From positions 1-34,213 of the forward strand of contig ML002394.1 of assembly GCA_003614675.1 (NCBI GenBank): a stretch of 34,213 nucleotides of DNA. Reading direction: 5' to 3'. The notes beneath the pieces are model-generated. The model made no database searches and was not told the origin of the DNA. It was given only the letters and a program-made list of their open reading frames with translations. The position numbers were made by a program, and so were the translations under genes. Source of the stretch: Dimargaris cristalligena. Taxonomy: Eukaryota. Shown here piece by piece: positions 1 through 12,947 of the stretch (position 1 is the first letter of the stretch; the number at the start of each line of letters is the position of its first letter).

Positions 1-3000
1 TATTAATGGGTTCGAATATCGCCATAATATCATCATAGCACATGGACGTTATCATGAACATAAAATAACAAAACGGGAGTTGACTTCCCAAAAGGCATGG
101 AATATTTCTCATGAAATTCGTCATATCAGTTATAATCGCTAGTATTTGATAAAAAAAACAGTCGTAAGTATTGTAATTCTTTGATAATCGTCAAATCAGC
201 ATAAGAATCGGCAGATAAGTTGATAGCCAGATGGTAAAGGCTGTTGGCCAACATTCTCACGGCACTACAATTATATCCTTTCTATTTTACCCCGCTAAAT
301 TTAACGATATCATATATATATATATAATTCCAATGAATCGGAAATGGCTGACTCTTAAGTCCCCATCCAATATGCAGCCCCGCCTCTTTCAAAACCAAGT
401 ATTGGGTATTGATTTGGTACTCAAAGCGCGGCTTAAGTTACACCAGAACTATCGAAATGAATCACCTTGATGGCCTCATTTTTAAAGACTCAGGGGAGGG
501 AGTGGGCAATGGCACTCTAGTCAGAACTGACACTGCATTGGGGGATCATTGCCTATAGTATTGGGCTTTAAACAACATCGCACTGGCTTTTAACATCGGG
601 AAATAATAAGGCGAGATTCGAGTGGCCAAAGAAATTAAATGGCGTTTATCAAGTGCCAAAAGGGTTAACTGCTGCCACGAATCAGTCGGGATTCTGACGC
701 CATTTCGACCCTTTTTGCGTCTAGATGGAAGCAGAAACGGCTGGAGAAAGGGATCCAAATAACGCTCTAACCTGCCGCAGTGTTAATAAAGGGCATTGGC
801 TACCGATTAAACCACCGCTACTCCCTTACTTTCCCAAATATGGGTGCCCATCCGCTAAGTAGCCTACAGCTGGGCCTATTTCTCCACAATTTAGCGATTA
901 GTATGATAACAGCTCTTTGGTCCGATGTATTGGACTGTACTTTAATCCTTCAGCTGAATCCACACCTGTGGGCCTCGGCTTATTATCATACCATCGCCTG
1001 CACATGCGACCAGCGACTATCCCTCTTCCTGATCCTGGCGCCGAATCTGATGAGCAACAAGGTACATTAGATTGTCAGGATAATCTAGGTCTAGTTGAAT
1101 TAAACTGGCAGTTGCAAGATGGCGTTTCATAAAAATGCACATCCCCTCTTCAACGTACATTTCACGTCCCCTTCCCTGACTCCACAGATGGACCGATATA
1201 TCCAATCTACGGCGACCAAGACGAAGGGATAGCGTGAAAATAAACAAAAAAGAATCCCCTCGCACAGAAGCGCCTCCGCGGCTCTAATCTAGTGGAGAAT
1301 ACCGGAAGCTGACTCACTTTCCACGGTTGCACAGGGGACTTTCACCTTGGCTCGGATTTGTCGCTTGGGTTGCATTATACTTGAATGTGTTGATGTATAG
1401 TGGCCGCTTCGCTTTAGTTCCCTTTTCCCTCAGTCTCGTTTTCCCTATGCCCTGCCTAGGCCATTTCCTTGTGCTCGCGTATTACTCATTACTTGCGGGC
1501 CTACCACCTCTTGATTCGCCATGACAGTTCCTATTTCCTCATTTCCCTTCCATTTCCAGCAATTTAGCTTAGTTAAATGGCTATATTTTTCTCGCGCTTC
1601 TCAGACCGTACCATCCCTTGTACGTTTTTATCAAGTGCTGGCGTCGGACAGGCATTTTCGTACCATGTCAATAGTCCAATCGCAAATCAAACATCAGGAT
1701 GTAGTATAGGGACTGCCTCCTCCAAGCTCCTTCAACGAGGCACCTCCGCCGTATGTTTACAACTACCACTCCTTTTTTTTTGTAGCGGTTGGCCGTACTC
1801 CCTCCCTCCGACCTACATAAACACTAGTATGAAACACCGCCTGAATGGTGTACATATTAGAGTGGTGGATTTCGAAATGGTGTAATATTGGTGGATTGGT
1901 GGGCTCGCCCACCGGGCTGTCAATTTTTTTTACCCCTCCTCTCGTTCTCACATTTCCTCGTCTGCTTCGTCGTGAAAGATAGTGTCCGAAAACGATTGGC
2001 CTGGATAGTTCCAAGTGCAGTTAAACACGTCAAACGAAGCAATGCTAAACGCAAAAGGGGGCGGAGATGGGAGGCTCTGCCGTGTGCCATTTCCCCTCAT
2101 AAACATGGTTATATTTATATTATAAAAATAGACAGTTTAATGACAAGGGAAAAACGGCAGAGGGGAGGAAGGTGGTATAGCCGCGATAATGAAAATAAAG
2201 AGCAGGATGTAGTAACGATTTCCCAGTATAAAAAGGTGGGGGTATTTCCTGGGGCCAAATGAGCTTTACACCACACTTCCTGCCATTCGGGTTATAGGAA
2301 TATTTTCGCGGACTATTTACGGTCGTTTATATTGTTATGTTTAGCTTACGAAATCCTTAGTGCTTGTCTCGCCTATTTTCTGTCAATTCACGCCGCAAAC
2401 CCATATTATTTAGTACCGCTGGTATATTCTTTTAGATTTATTTATCCCCCCACTGTCATTTATTGGTAAGTCCACTTAGTATTTGCTTTCGATCAACTGT
2501 TGGCAATTGCGGTTTCGTTTGACTGCCTTTATTTTTTGGGGGGGGGTCCGGATCTTGGCCCCCCGGTTCCACTTACCGTATGATTACGAATAGGGAGACA
2601 CAGCCGAGCTTGCCCCTGCACCCATATCAACCTCACTGGCCTTTACTACCTACCCTGCTCCTGGAGTTTCATTTATAATGATTCAATTTCTTGAAGTCAC
2701 TTTCATCTACTAGATTATTATACCCAGAAGCCTAGGCCTTTAAATCCACATTTAGTTGGACTACCATTCTCCCAAACGCCATACTTCACGTCCTATAATT
2801 TAACTTGGTACCAACCGACTTAAGTCGACATCAGAGATGGAGGGAGCACATCAAGTGGCCGTGTGCGCCACTGGGAGGATTTAATTGAGCATCTATTTCC
2901 TTTTAATTCGGACTTTAAACACTTCCCAAAGTAAGACAGGGTGAAACTAGCCCTGTATGTGCTATTCTGTCTCATCTGATTCACCGATCGAACCGGTGAA

Positions 3001-3186
3001 TTATCTGTCGGAATACTACAGGCCTCGGTTAATCCCTCTCTTGGCTGTCCAGCCCCGACTTCTTTTAACCTCCCAAAATGTGGACATATTTACCTTTATT
3101 AACACCCACGCCTTCTATATTCGTAAATACCACTTCACCCCCTCTATTATCACTCGCTCCTTAGCTTATTTCAAAGTTATTGCACA

Positions 3187-4539
3187 ATGTCGATGGAAAA
3201 ACAAATCCCCCAAGACATCAAGTCATCACCGGACTACGGCGACATGGACACCGACAACTGCTCCATTGACCGGCCCGCCAGCTTTGACGCCAAAACGGAG
3301 GGCGGTCACGGCCACGGCCACGAAGAGCGCACGGGTTCCAGCATGGGCGCTTTCTTCAACATCGTGTGCGTGATTGCCGGTACCGGTACCCTCCAACTCC
3401 CCTTCGCGTTCGGCCAAGCCGGTTGGCTGGGGGCCCTCTGCGTCATTCTGGCGGGTCTCTTCAGCTTATTCACCGGGCACCTCCTCATCAAGTGCCTTTA
3501 CTACAAGGAAGGGCAGCGGTTAAGCAATTTCCCCGATGTGGGTCTGGCCGCCTTTGGTAAGGTGGGCAAGTACGTGGTCTTGGTGCTGCACTATTCGATT
3601 TGTCTCGGTTCGGCTTGTGTGTACATTAACATTGCCGGTAAGAGTGTGTTTGACCTCGGTAAAAACATCAACATGCCCGTGCCTATGCCCGTGTGGGTCA
3701 TCATCGCGGCTCTGCTGGTGTACATTCCCTTTGTGGCCGTTAAGAGTATGAAGGAAGTCGCCATTCTAGCCATTTTCGGTGCTGTCGCTACCTTGGTGAT
3801 GGTGATTGTGGTGGTCATTATGGGTCTGATTGATATGCCCAACCAAATCGAGCCCATTCACTCCGTGGTCAACTGGTCCATGGTCCCGGTAGCCATGGGC
3901 AGTATCTGTTTCTCGTATGGTGGTAATGTCGTGTACCCCCATGTGGAATCGGCCATGAAGAACCCCCAGGCCTTCACCAAAACCCTGTCCCTCGCCACCT
4001 TCACCATTGTGGCCATGTACCTGACCATCGGTATTGTGGGTTACCACGTATACGGTGCGACCGTCAAGACCCCCATCTACGACAGTCTGCCCAAGAACGC
4101 CGCTACCACCATCGCCATTCTGCTCCTGGTGGCCCACGTTATCTTGGCCGCTCCCATCATGTTGACCACCTTCGCTCTAGAAGTGGAAGAGGCGTACGAC
4201 ATCACCGTCGCCCGTCTGGGTCGCAAGCGCGAGTTCATGATGCGGGCCATCATCCGTACCCTCACTGTTGTGGTCCTGACTATCCCCGCCATGTTCTTGC
4301 CCGTCGGTGTGCTCATGTCCCTGGTCGGCTCCCTATCCAACAGTTTGATCATCTTTGTGCTGCCCATTATTTGCTACTGGCGCCTGTACGGTATTCGTTC
4401 CATGAACTACGGGCTGATTGCCTTTAGCGTGGTGTGCATCGTCATTGCTCTGATGGCCTGTTATTTCGGTACCGTCGATGCCATCAAGGACATTGTTAAA
4501 TTAGTCCAAAGTGTCAAGGCTGGAAAACCCATGTTCTAG
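3187..4539 (+). CDS. Amino acid/auxin permease (AAAP, Aa_trans family) transporter, paralog 1, 450 aa, single exon
   Basis: ATG-to-TAG ORF with about 11 hydrophobic segments. It has the family-typical TM1 signature FNIVCVIAGTGTLQLP, plus FSYGGNVVYPHVESAMKNP, GYHVYG and LVGSLSNSLIIFVLP. Strong C-ending codon bias. Confidence 0.93.
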   Translation: MSMEKQIPQDIKSSPDYGDMDTDNCSIDRPASFDAKTEGGHGHGHEERTGSSMGAFFNIVCVIAGTGTLQLPFAFGQAGWLGALCVILAGLFSLFTGHLLIKCLYYKEGQRLSNFPDVGLAAFGKVGKYVVLVLHYSICLGSACVYINIAGKSVFDLGKNINMPVPMPVWVIIAALLVYIPFVAVKSMKEVAILAIFGAVATLVMVIVVVIMGLIDMPNQIEPIHSVVNWSMVPVAMGSICFSYGGNVVYPHVESAMKNPQAFTKTLSLATFTIVAMYLTIGIVGYHVYGATVKTPIYDSLPKNAATTIAILLLVAHVILAAPIMLTTFALEVEEAYDITVARLGRKREFMMRAIIRTLTVVVLTIPAMFLPVGVLMSLVGSLSNSLIIFVLPIICYWRLYGIRSMNYGLIAFSVVCIVIALMACYFGTVDAIKDIVKLVQSVKAGKPMF

Positions 4540-7500
4540 ATGACCCCTTCAGACTTACTTAAACGGTGCCATAATAATATTACATTGTGGTTATACTCCC
4601 AGCATCCCCCCTCCCGTCACCCAATCTCTTGTTCTCGTTTCAAATGGCACCAACCAACTACGGTTGTGCTGCATTTAAATTCCTACATCTTATTGCGTCC
4701 ATTTCTCACCTAATTCCTCCCCGCGACACCCCAGGCTAGCGTCCCTTTTTTAAATAGCTTTTCTAATGACAGGTCATTCATATGATATTAGTGTTTTCAA
4801 ATTATATGGTTCAAAAATAAAAACAAAGCCGGTAATCTAATCTTTCACCAAATGTGCAGTGCCCCCCACAAGCTCATCACACCCAATGCCCCTTGAAAGC
4901 TCGTCTATATTGGATTATACAACGAACAATTATTATCAGTAGTCGTTATGACATATAAGTCCGATTACTGACCTCGAAATCCCAGTAGGCACATAGTTTC
5001 GGGTGGTTCATTGGGCTATCCTTTTCGGCTATACCTGTCCATTCCCAATAAGCCTAGAGCTTGAATCGTAAAGGGTCATGGTGGGATGTGTACTTAGTTT
5101 GCCGGGGTAAAGAGCCCCATGCTACTGTACCGCGGCCAAATAATAATTACCTATGGAATGGTAAGTCTACGCCACGGTTGGCTGATCGCGCTGATAACAA
5201 GAGACTGGTCACCCACACAAATTATTCAATTAGGCTGAATTAGTATAGAGGGGGCCGGACGCCCACTTCCCATCACACCCACGAGCCCAACGGTATTCCT
5301 AGCAGACTGTGGTGGTATTATCAACACCATCTTGTGTCCAATATTTCCTCAAACAGCACTGTGGGTTGGTCTAACCCATCTTACCTTATACATCACTGTC
5401 TAGACAAAAGGAGAATAACTAAAAGGGAGCGAAATGCAAAACGGCGTTGCACAACGTAAAAGATTATACACTCGCTGGTGTAAGCTGTCAATGCTGAAGA
5501 TGGCATATCAGAAACATCCGTACCTTTCAAACCAAAGCAAAGTCTTTAGCAACGAAGCCCTTACCTAATTTTGGCACCGTACCACGGATCCCCAAATATC
5601 TTGCGCTAATATAATGGATTCGGAGGGGGAGGGTGGAATGGATGGCGCCAGCTCTATGTCTAGGCAAATATAGTAAAGTTGAAAAAAAATATAGAGTGGA
5701 TCCCCACCTAAAAATAATGGCGAGAATAGCTTCCAAACGTGATGGGCCTACAGTCACTCTGGCCGGTGTCGCTCGGTACGGTTACACACACAGCTGTTCT
5801 TTTCAACGAATCACCGACGGGCGATTGGTTAAGCATGGCGGGAGCTAGGAGGATGGGGCCACGTTCGACATCGCATAAACACTGATTATTGCTGACCGCT
5901 GCCGTTGAAAAACAAATAGGTGCATTAGGTGAGCAAGACCCAATCTCTTTTCCGCTCTATCATGGTCGGTTAATGAACGATTTGTGTCGACTTACCCACT
6001 GTTGATACTAAAATGGCCCGTGGTATGCGAATGCCTATATTTGGGCCTTGCGCATCTTTTGTACCAGACGGACGCAACGAAGAAGGGGTTATATGGAAAT
6101 CAGAGTGGACGGCTTAGGCTAGATTTCTAAGGAGTTATATAACCACAGGACGAAATAAAAGCAGTCTTTATTGGAATTTAAGAGGCAGCGTCGGGCGAGT
6201 CACACTATATTACATACACAAGCTCCAGATAAAGGGAAGGGGGAGGGAGTGGTAAACTTGCAATAGCCATGCCTGTCTGTGGTTTTTTTTACAGGCAGTC
6301 CACTGGCCCTCGTCTTAAAAGTCTACAATAGCAAAGGGTTGGTTAGCTTGGTGGTACTAGGTGGTCAGGTGAGTCGTGCCGGGGGGTGTGGCAAACTGGC
6401 AGAAAAGGGGTATATGCCTAGACCATAACGGTGCAATCGATGACATATAGGGTGACTAGGTGCACTTTGGCGATTATATCAATAGACAAACCATAATAAA
6501 AGCCCATTCGTGCAAAATCAAAACTTCTCATGACCAAAACTAATAGAAAATGAAACAGGCCCACACCGGTGAAAACAAATGAAATTGCAGGAAAGGTGGT
6601 ACTACCATATGGGTCGGAGAAAATCCGCGCCGAACTTAGTCTTCCGGTATAGTGAGCACCTAGCAGGGTAGGTTCAATGAAATTGGATTGTCCTTGTCGG
6701 GTGTATATAGCGGGAGATTGGCCCAAACGACCCAGCGCGTGGGGCCATGTACTTTTGAGAACGGAATGCCATATAAAAGTACCTTCTGTTTTTTATGGTT
6801 ATATTAATATCTAGCTAGAACCTCCGAAGACGCTGGCTTCATCCCCGGATGAACTTGCATTCCTTTTCCCCCGCGTATCCCAGGCTCGCTGGGGCGCTGC
6901 GTGGGTTTATTATTGAAATGCCTGTACTAACCCAATGGTCACATGGCTATTAGAAGTATGCCAGTAGTTTTGGCCTCAACGGAATGCCAGTTCCTAATAC
7001 CTTGGAGGGGACTCGCTTGCCTTTCTAGGTATCTTTTCACTCGTTGCCCACCCCATTTCAACTTTTCGTACACTGTTGGTGGGAGTGTGTATGGGACTAG
7101 GGTCTGGCCAAAACTATAATTATTTACCTCCGGAAACCTATGTGCTGGGGGTAGACTGGCTTGTTTATCGGGGGTATTCATTACAATCGGTATAGTGACC
7201 CTATTCAAACGACCGACTTAACAGTCTCCAGGTCATTCATTTATATTGCAGTAGTTAGCCGATGTCTATTTATTATATAACAGTCGAACTGATCGATAGA
7301 TATGCGTCATTGCCCCATTTGGCCGCACCCCCAAAGGCCGAATACAGTTGGTCAATTTGACAGGACACAGTCTCGCCTCATGTCATGTTCACCAACTGTA
7401 TTACCCAACCTCGATCATCGGTTATGACAAGGTCAACCCCACCATGCCTTTGGTCAGGTGATTTTAAAATGGGAGTGACTTATTGGGCTTACCAGTGTTG

Positions 7501-9522
7501 AGTGAAGCAGTATGGGTTTAGCAATAATACCAAACTCCAATCGAATATAGAAAATTACAACCTAAGTATGTAAATTCTATGACTCGCTAAAGATGTACTA
7601 CGTTTAACATCTCTTAATTTAACTACTTCTAGGACGCTTGGCTGCGTAATTTGTAGAGAGATAGTCGGGCTGGAGGTGGAGTTGCCGTCATAATTGCGAG
7701 CATTATTGGTTTATGCCGTGGTAAGCGATTAACATGGTGCGGCAAAGGGGCCGTGATACGGGTTTCCCCCAATGCTAAAATATGGCTACGGTAAATAAAT
7801 CGGGCCGCTATCGTAAGCAGCTGCGCGCCCGTGATCCACTTAGACTTCTCGGCCATGCGCCCTCCCTCCCCTTTAATCTAGGGTGCGACAACGGATCTGC
7901 TTTGGAATAGTTCTTCACGCGCCCCTATATTCTACTCAGTCCATTTTTTTTACAATAAATTGGTGTTGGGCACTCGCTCTTGCGCTGGAATTTCAGGAAT
8001 CAAGGAAACCTCCGATCCGCCCTGGTTCCACTTCCTTGGTGATTGGGGAATGGGGTGGGGTGGGATGAGAGGAATAGGAAGAGGGAGAGGGGATGGAGAA
8101 TGGAAAGAAATGTTCGAGACAAAGTGTACCCCATGTGACTTGCATCTGCTTCTCTGTGCTACGGTTTTTAGGGTACTTCACCGACTGTTAATTTCTCTAC
8201 TTCCGTTTTTCGCGGCCTTCTGAAACAAAAGGGTAGACTGGTCGGACAAAAAGCCACCCACCGCCGAAAACGGCCCGCGCGCCTCCATAATTTTTCCCTC
8301 GCCGGGTTTGCTTATTCGGAGGAGGAATCCGCCGATGCGCTATGTACGGCTCCAGCATCTACATGGTTTCGGCAAAGGACTTCCACATAGATGCCAGCTG
8401 GTACGACCCAATCGCTATATTCCCCACGAACTTTTATTTTCTTTCCTTCCCACCCCTACCTATTATCCCTTACCCTTATATCCTTTGGTCCGTGGCTTAT
8501 AGGTATGGACGATCTCCTCTACGGCCACCGCCGCCACTCTCCCCTCACAGACCCACGCCCCTCGCTTTTTTATTTTTGTAGTAGCCACCGGTGGGTAAAT
8601 AGCCGACTTATCCGCTTTAATTACCCACCGAGCCGGCATATGGACTATTCAAAGTCATTAGTACGCCACACATAGAGCCCTGCACCATGTGCTCCGGTGG
8701 GTGCGCGGCGGCATGCTTATTCGACACTTAAATTAAACCACCAGAATGCCACGAGAAAGATATAAGCCGGTGAATTAAAATAAACATGGGCGGCGGCATG
8801 CATGGGTAAGTGCCAGGGAAGGCAAGCGCGTGGCTGGGTAGAGGTGCCTCTCATGGGAAGTTTCAGGGATTTGCGAGCCTTTTTTCGGCTTTCTTTAAGC
8901 CAAGATCAGTCCACTATCGCACCAATAGACTGGAGAGAGTGTGAGAAGGCCTTCCCAGTTCTCGGGTATATATTCTTCGAATCTCCCCCAACGTGACTGG
9001 GAATCGCCGGAACATCTGCGAACAGCGGGGTTGAATAACTCTGGTTGGTTAATGATGGGCTAGATGTGGAAGGTCACATGTCCCTTTTACAATATCAAAC
9101 GATGAAAAGGAGAGTCGGCGACCGATAAGCCGCGGAATTCCGAGTCGTCCCGTCAGCCAATGTGCAGTAAAAAAAAACAGTATATACGGCCATGGGTATG
9201 TAAAGATGGGCCGTAGATTCACCAATCGTTTAGTTAGCTGAGGAAAACAACGAGGTGGGGATATTTTAACGAGCCCTGGGTACGTATGGAAAGGCTGGGC
9301 CGAATGATCCGATTTTTACCGCAGGTAACCCTCCAAGGTTCTTTTTAGCCATCGAGCGAGATGCCATGTTGCGATAGCGATAAGCAAGCAGGGAAGAAGA
9401 CAAACTTAGCGATGAGGTCGGCCTATTGGCTAGTCAAGTTCCACCAAGACCCAAACTGTGGCGCGTGACCTGGCCCTTATTTCATACTGCAACGCAAAAT
9501 AAACAGGGTGTTGGGCACAAGC

Positions 9523-9544
9523 CACACACACACACACACACACA
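9523..9544. repeat. (CA)11 microsatellite
   Basis: Read directly from the sequence. Confidence 0.9.
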
Positions 9545-11547
9545 CCCAAGGGCCCTCCTCGATAACCTAGATCTGTCGGTAATCGATGGATAGGAGAAAG
9601 GGAGATCTTTGCTTTGATAAATCTAGGGAGAGTACCAAGGGGCCGAGGATCTCTTGAAATTAGCGGCCGGCTCACCGACACAGCGCGGTTAAAAACCCGG
9701 ACTGTGGTGGTGGTATCTTTTTAATACAATCGGCCATCCTTCATTGATCGGGTTGTATCTCGGACACTGGCACCTGCACCGCAACTGGTATTCGAAATAG
9801 TATGCCTTCACTAGCTTCCAACGCGCAACCGCATGGCCGTCGGTCAGGGGGCCCCACCTTATTGAGGGGATGGACAAAAGACGAGGGGGAAAAGGGGGGT
9901 GGGGGGAGCGAAAGGGCCACCGTCTTTTATGTGATTGGGTAAATGAATGGTAACACTAACCCAGTTGGTGCGACGAAGCCCTGGAACAAGGTGTATCCCT
10001 CCCCTCCCCTCACCCAAGAGGGGCTTATGTCCTCTTTAAAGCCCCTTTACCCAAAGGGATTTTGGGAGTAGAATCCGTCTAGTCACTGATTAAGAAGACG
10101 GGGCCTCAGCTTGAGTTTGACCACCGTCGGGCTGACACTAATGGGTGTAGGTGTATAGAATAGGTGACTCGGCCATAGTATATCCATCCCAGAAAAAATA
10201 GAAATATACCGCTCTGATTGCTACCTGACTTTAGGAAGTGCCCGCCGGACTCGGGTGCCTTGGTTTATTCTGCTCTACCCAACTCCCCATACCTCCCTAT
10301 ATGGTCATAAATCCCCCACTCTCTTCCTCCCTTTGGCCGAATTGCTCGAGCATGTTCGTATCAGGCCGTGTTACACAGGTGGCGATGGAGGGGTTCATCC
10401 ACTGGCTGATTTGGCTGTGTACTACCCTCACGGGCCATTCCCAATACTCGACCTGGCAATATAGCCAACGACAGTGCGGATTTTTGAAAAAGGGTCACGA
10501 TGCCAACCTTCCTATATACCCCCCAAAAGAAGGGATTACTAGATCAAGAAATAAAGGAAAATACAGGGAATAAGTAGTTGCAGGAAATAGGGGGAGTTGC
10601 TAGGAGGAGGGGGGCTAGGGAGGGGGGGGGATTGTAGGGCTTGGGTTGTGTCGCGGCGGTGTCTAACCATGCCACTTGTCCTCCCCTTTTCTATACACAG
10701 GCTAGACCACTTTCTGTATATTTGAATGTGCTCTACTTATGTATTATACTTTATAATACAATCCCTTGAGCCCGCCAAGTCAGGTGCGTCCGTCTACACG
10801 CCCAGTTGCCCCCTAATGTTGAATCTCTCTCTGTTCGAGAACCCATAATAGGGCATTTTCCTAGACTGTATTTACGAATGACCGCCCACTAGAAATTAAA
10901 ATTGATTATACGGGGGAGGAGCATGTAGGAAATTCGCCGTTGGCCATTTTACCTCAATGGGGGAGGTAGTGGAGAGGTAGTCATAGTGATACAGTCCACG
11001 CAGCTTCAGCTGGTCCACAACTATTTAATACCCTGCATTCGCCCCTTCATTGCTAAACATTAATTCAGCGTTCTTTACTGCAGTGACCTCCTCCTTCTAT
11101 CCATATATACACTGTCCTTTTGTATCTTGGATTGCAGCTTGCTAACTCTCTCCCTTCCCCACTTTCGCTCCTAGGTCCCCGCATACTTCGTTCACTCCTT
11201 TAGATTTACATTTTCGTTCGTTTTACTAGTGTTCTTTACCCGTATCTCCGCATATTTTACTGTGTATCTTTATTTTCCTTTCGTATTTATTTGGATTTTT
11301 ACATACCTTTTGCTTATACTTTTGTCTAACGTTAACGTCCCGAGTATTCATAATACCATCCCCTAATCACTCTAGTACCAAAATCGATCTCTGTAATTTT
11401 ACCACAAAACGCCCCTTCGGAATTTTTTCACCCTATTGGCACTCAGCTATTGTTACTTATTACTATCCCGTTTGATTTATTTCCCGTAAGCAAAAAAAAC
11501 CTAGTTTCATTTTTGCCGATTTTTCCGAATCCCATCCATTTTTAACT

Positions 11548-12858
11548 ATGGCTACAAAACACGAAACGAAACAGCCCGATACCTACAGCTTCGAGCAAGA
11601 TTTCGAAAATGAAAAGGTTGTCAGCGGTGGTCACGGCCACGAGGAACGCAACGGTTCCAGCTTCGGCGCCTACTTCAACATTGTGTGTGTGATTGCCGGT
11701 ACCGGTACCCTCCAACTCCCCGAGTCCCTTAAAGCCGGTGGTTGGTTGGCCGCGCTCTGCATTGTTCTAGCGAGTGCCATTGCCATCTTCACCGGTAATT
11801 TGCTGATCCGGTGCCTATACTACCGTGACGGTGAACGCCTGAGCAGTTACCCGGAAATTGGGTACGCCGCGTTTGGTAAAGTGGGAAAAGTCATCATTCA
11901 GATTCTTCACTACTCCATTTGCTTGGGTGGTTCGTGTGTGTACATTAACATCGCCGGTACGAGTGTCTACGATTTGGCCAAGTATGCCAACATCAATGTC
12001 CCAATGCAGGTCTGGGTGATGATTGCGGCAGTGCTGGTGTGCTTACCCTTTGTCCTGGTCAAAAGTATGAAGGAAGTCGCTATTCTGGCTATTTTCGGTG
12101 CCGTCGCCACTCTGGTGGTGGTAATTGTGGTGATGATTATGGGCCTATTGGACTACCCTAACCAGGCTACCAACACCCACGCCATTGTCCACTGGGGCGC
12201 TTTACCCGCGGCCATGGGCAACATTTGCTTCTCCTTCGGTGGTAACGTTGTCTACCCCCACGTTGAGTCCGCCATGAAGAACCCCCAGTCCTTCGCTAAG
12301 GTCCTCCTCTTCGCCATTCTGACGATTCTGGGCATGTACATGGCCATGGCTATTGTCGGCTACCACGTCTACGGTGACACCGCCCGTACCCCCATTTACG
12401 ATAACCTGCCCAAGAACCCCGCCACCACCACGGCCATTCTCATGCTGGTCGCCCACGTTATCCTGGCCGCCCCCATCATGTTGACCGCTTTCGCTTTGGA
12501 AATTGAGGATGGTTACGATATTTCCGTCGCCCGTCTGGGTAAGACCAAGGAATTCCTGATCCGTGGTGTCTTCCGGGCCGTCACGGTCGCTGTTCTGACC
12601 GTTCCCGCCATGTTCTTGCCTGTCGGTAAACTCATGTCCCTCATCGGTTCGCTGTCTAACAGTCTCATCATCTTCGTTCTGCCCATCGTCTGCTACTGGC
12701 GCCTGTTCGGTATTCGCGCCATGAACTATCCCGCCCTGGCCTTCTCCGCCATCTGTATTCTGGTGGGTATCGTGGCCTGTGTCTGTGGTACCAAGGATGC
12801 CGTCATTGGTATCGTTGAGCACATTAAGAACCCCGCCGCTTCCACCGGTATGCATTAA
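11548..12858 (+). CDS. Amino acid/auxin permease (AAAP, Aa_trans family) transporter, paralog 2, 436 aa, single exon
   Basis: Same motifs as 3187..4539 (YFNIVCVIAGTGTLQLP, FSFGGNVVYPHVESAMKNP). About two-thirds identical to it in a hand-aligned 110-aa segment. Confidence 0.93.
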   Translation: MATKHETKQPDTYSFEQDFENEKVVSGGHGHEERNGSSFGAYFNIVCVIAGTGTLQLPESLKAGGWLAALCIVLASAIAIFTGNLLIRCLYYRDGERLSSYPEIGYAAFGKVGKVIIQILHYSICLGGSCVYINIAGTSVYDLAKYANINVPMQVWVMIAAVLVCLPFVLVKSMKEVAILAIFGAVATLVVVIVVMIMGLLDYPNQATNTHAIVHWGALPAAMGNICFSFGGNVVYPHVESAMKNPQSFAKVLLFAILTILGMYMAMAIVGYHVYGDTARTPIYDNLPKNPATTTAILMLVAHVILAAPIMLTAFALEIEDGYDISVARLGKTKEFLIRGVFRAVTVAVLTVPAMFLPVGKLMSLIGSLSNSLIIFVLPIVCYWRLFGIRAMNYPALAFSAICILVGIVACVCGTKDAVIGIVEHIKNPAASTGMH

Positions 12859-12947
12859 TAGGTCCTCTCTATCGGGAAATTCTGGGGCCTTCCTGAGTGA
12901 TGCTCTTTTATTTTGATTTTTTGGATTTCCTCAGCGACTCCTCATCC

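Noticed and set aside
6-25. GGTTCGAAT T-loop-like motif (and GTTCGA near 5863 with upstream TGGTTAAG)
   Set aside because: The flanking bases do not form a T-stem or cloverleaf, so these are not tRNAs.
1-1250. Short open frames with vaguely protein-like text (546-758 minus, 917-1132 plus)
   Set aside because: They are short or stop-interrupted with no recognisable homology. I cannot support a gene or pseudogene call without a search.
12202-12855. Long antisense ORFs over real genes (also 3766-4137, 20435-20875, 21562-21993, 22006-22578, 24387-25082, 30553-31566)
   Set aside because: These are shadows of codon bias or low complexity on the coding strand and show no recognisable protein features.
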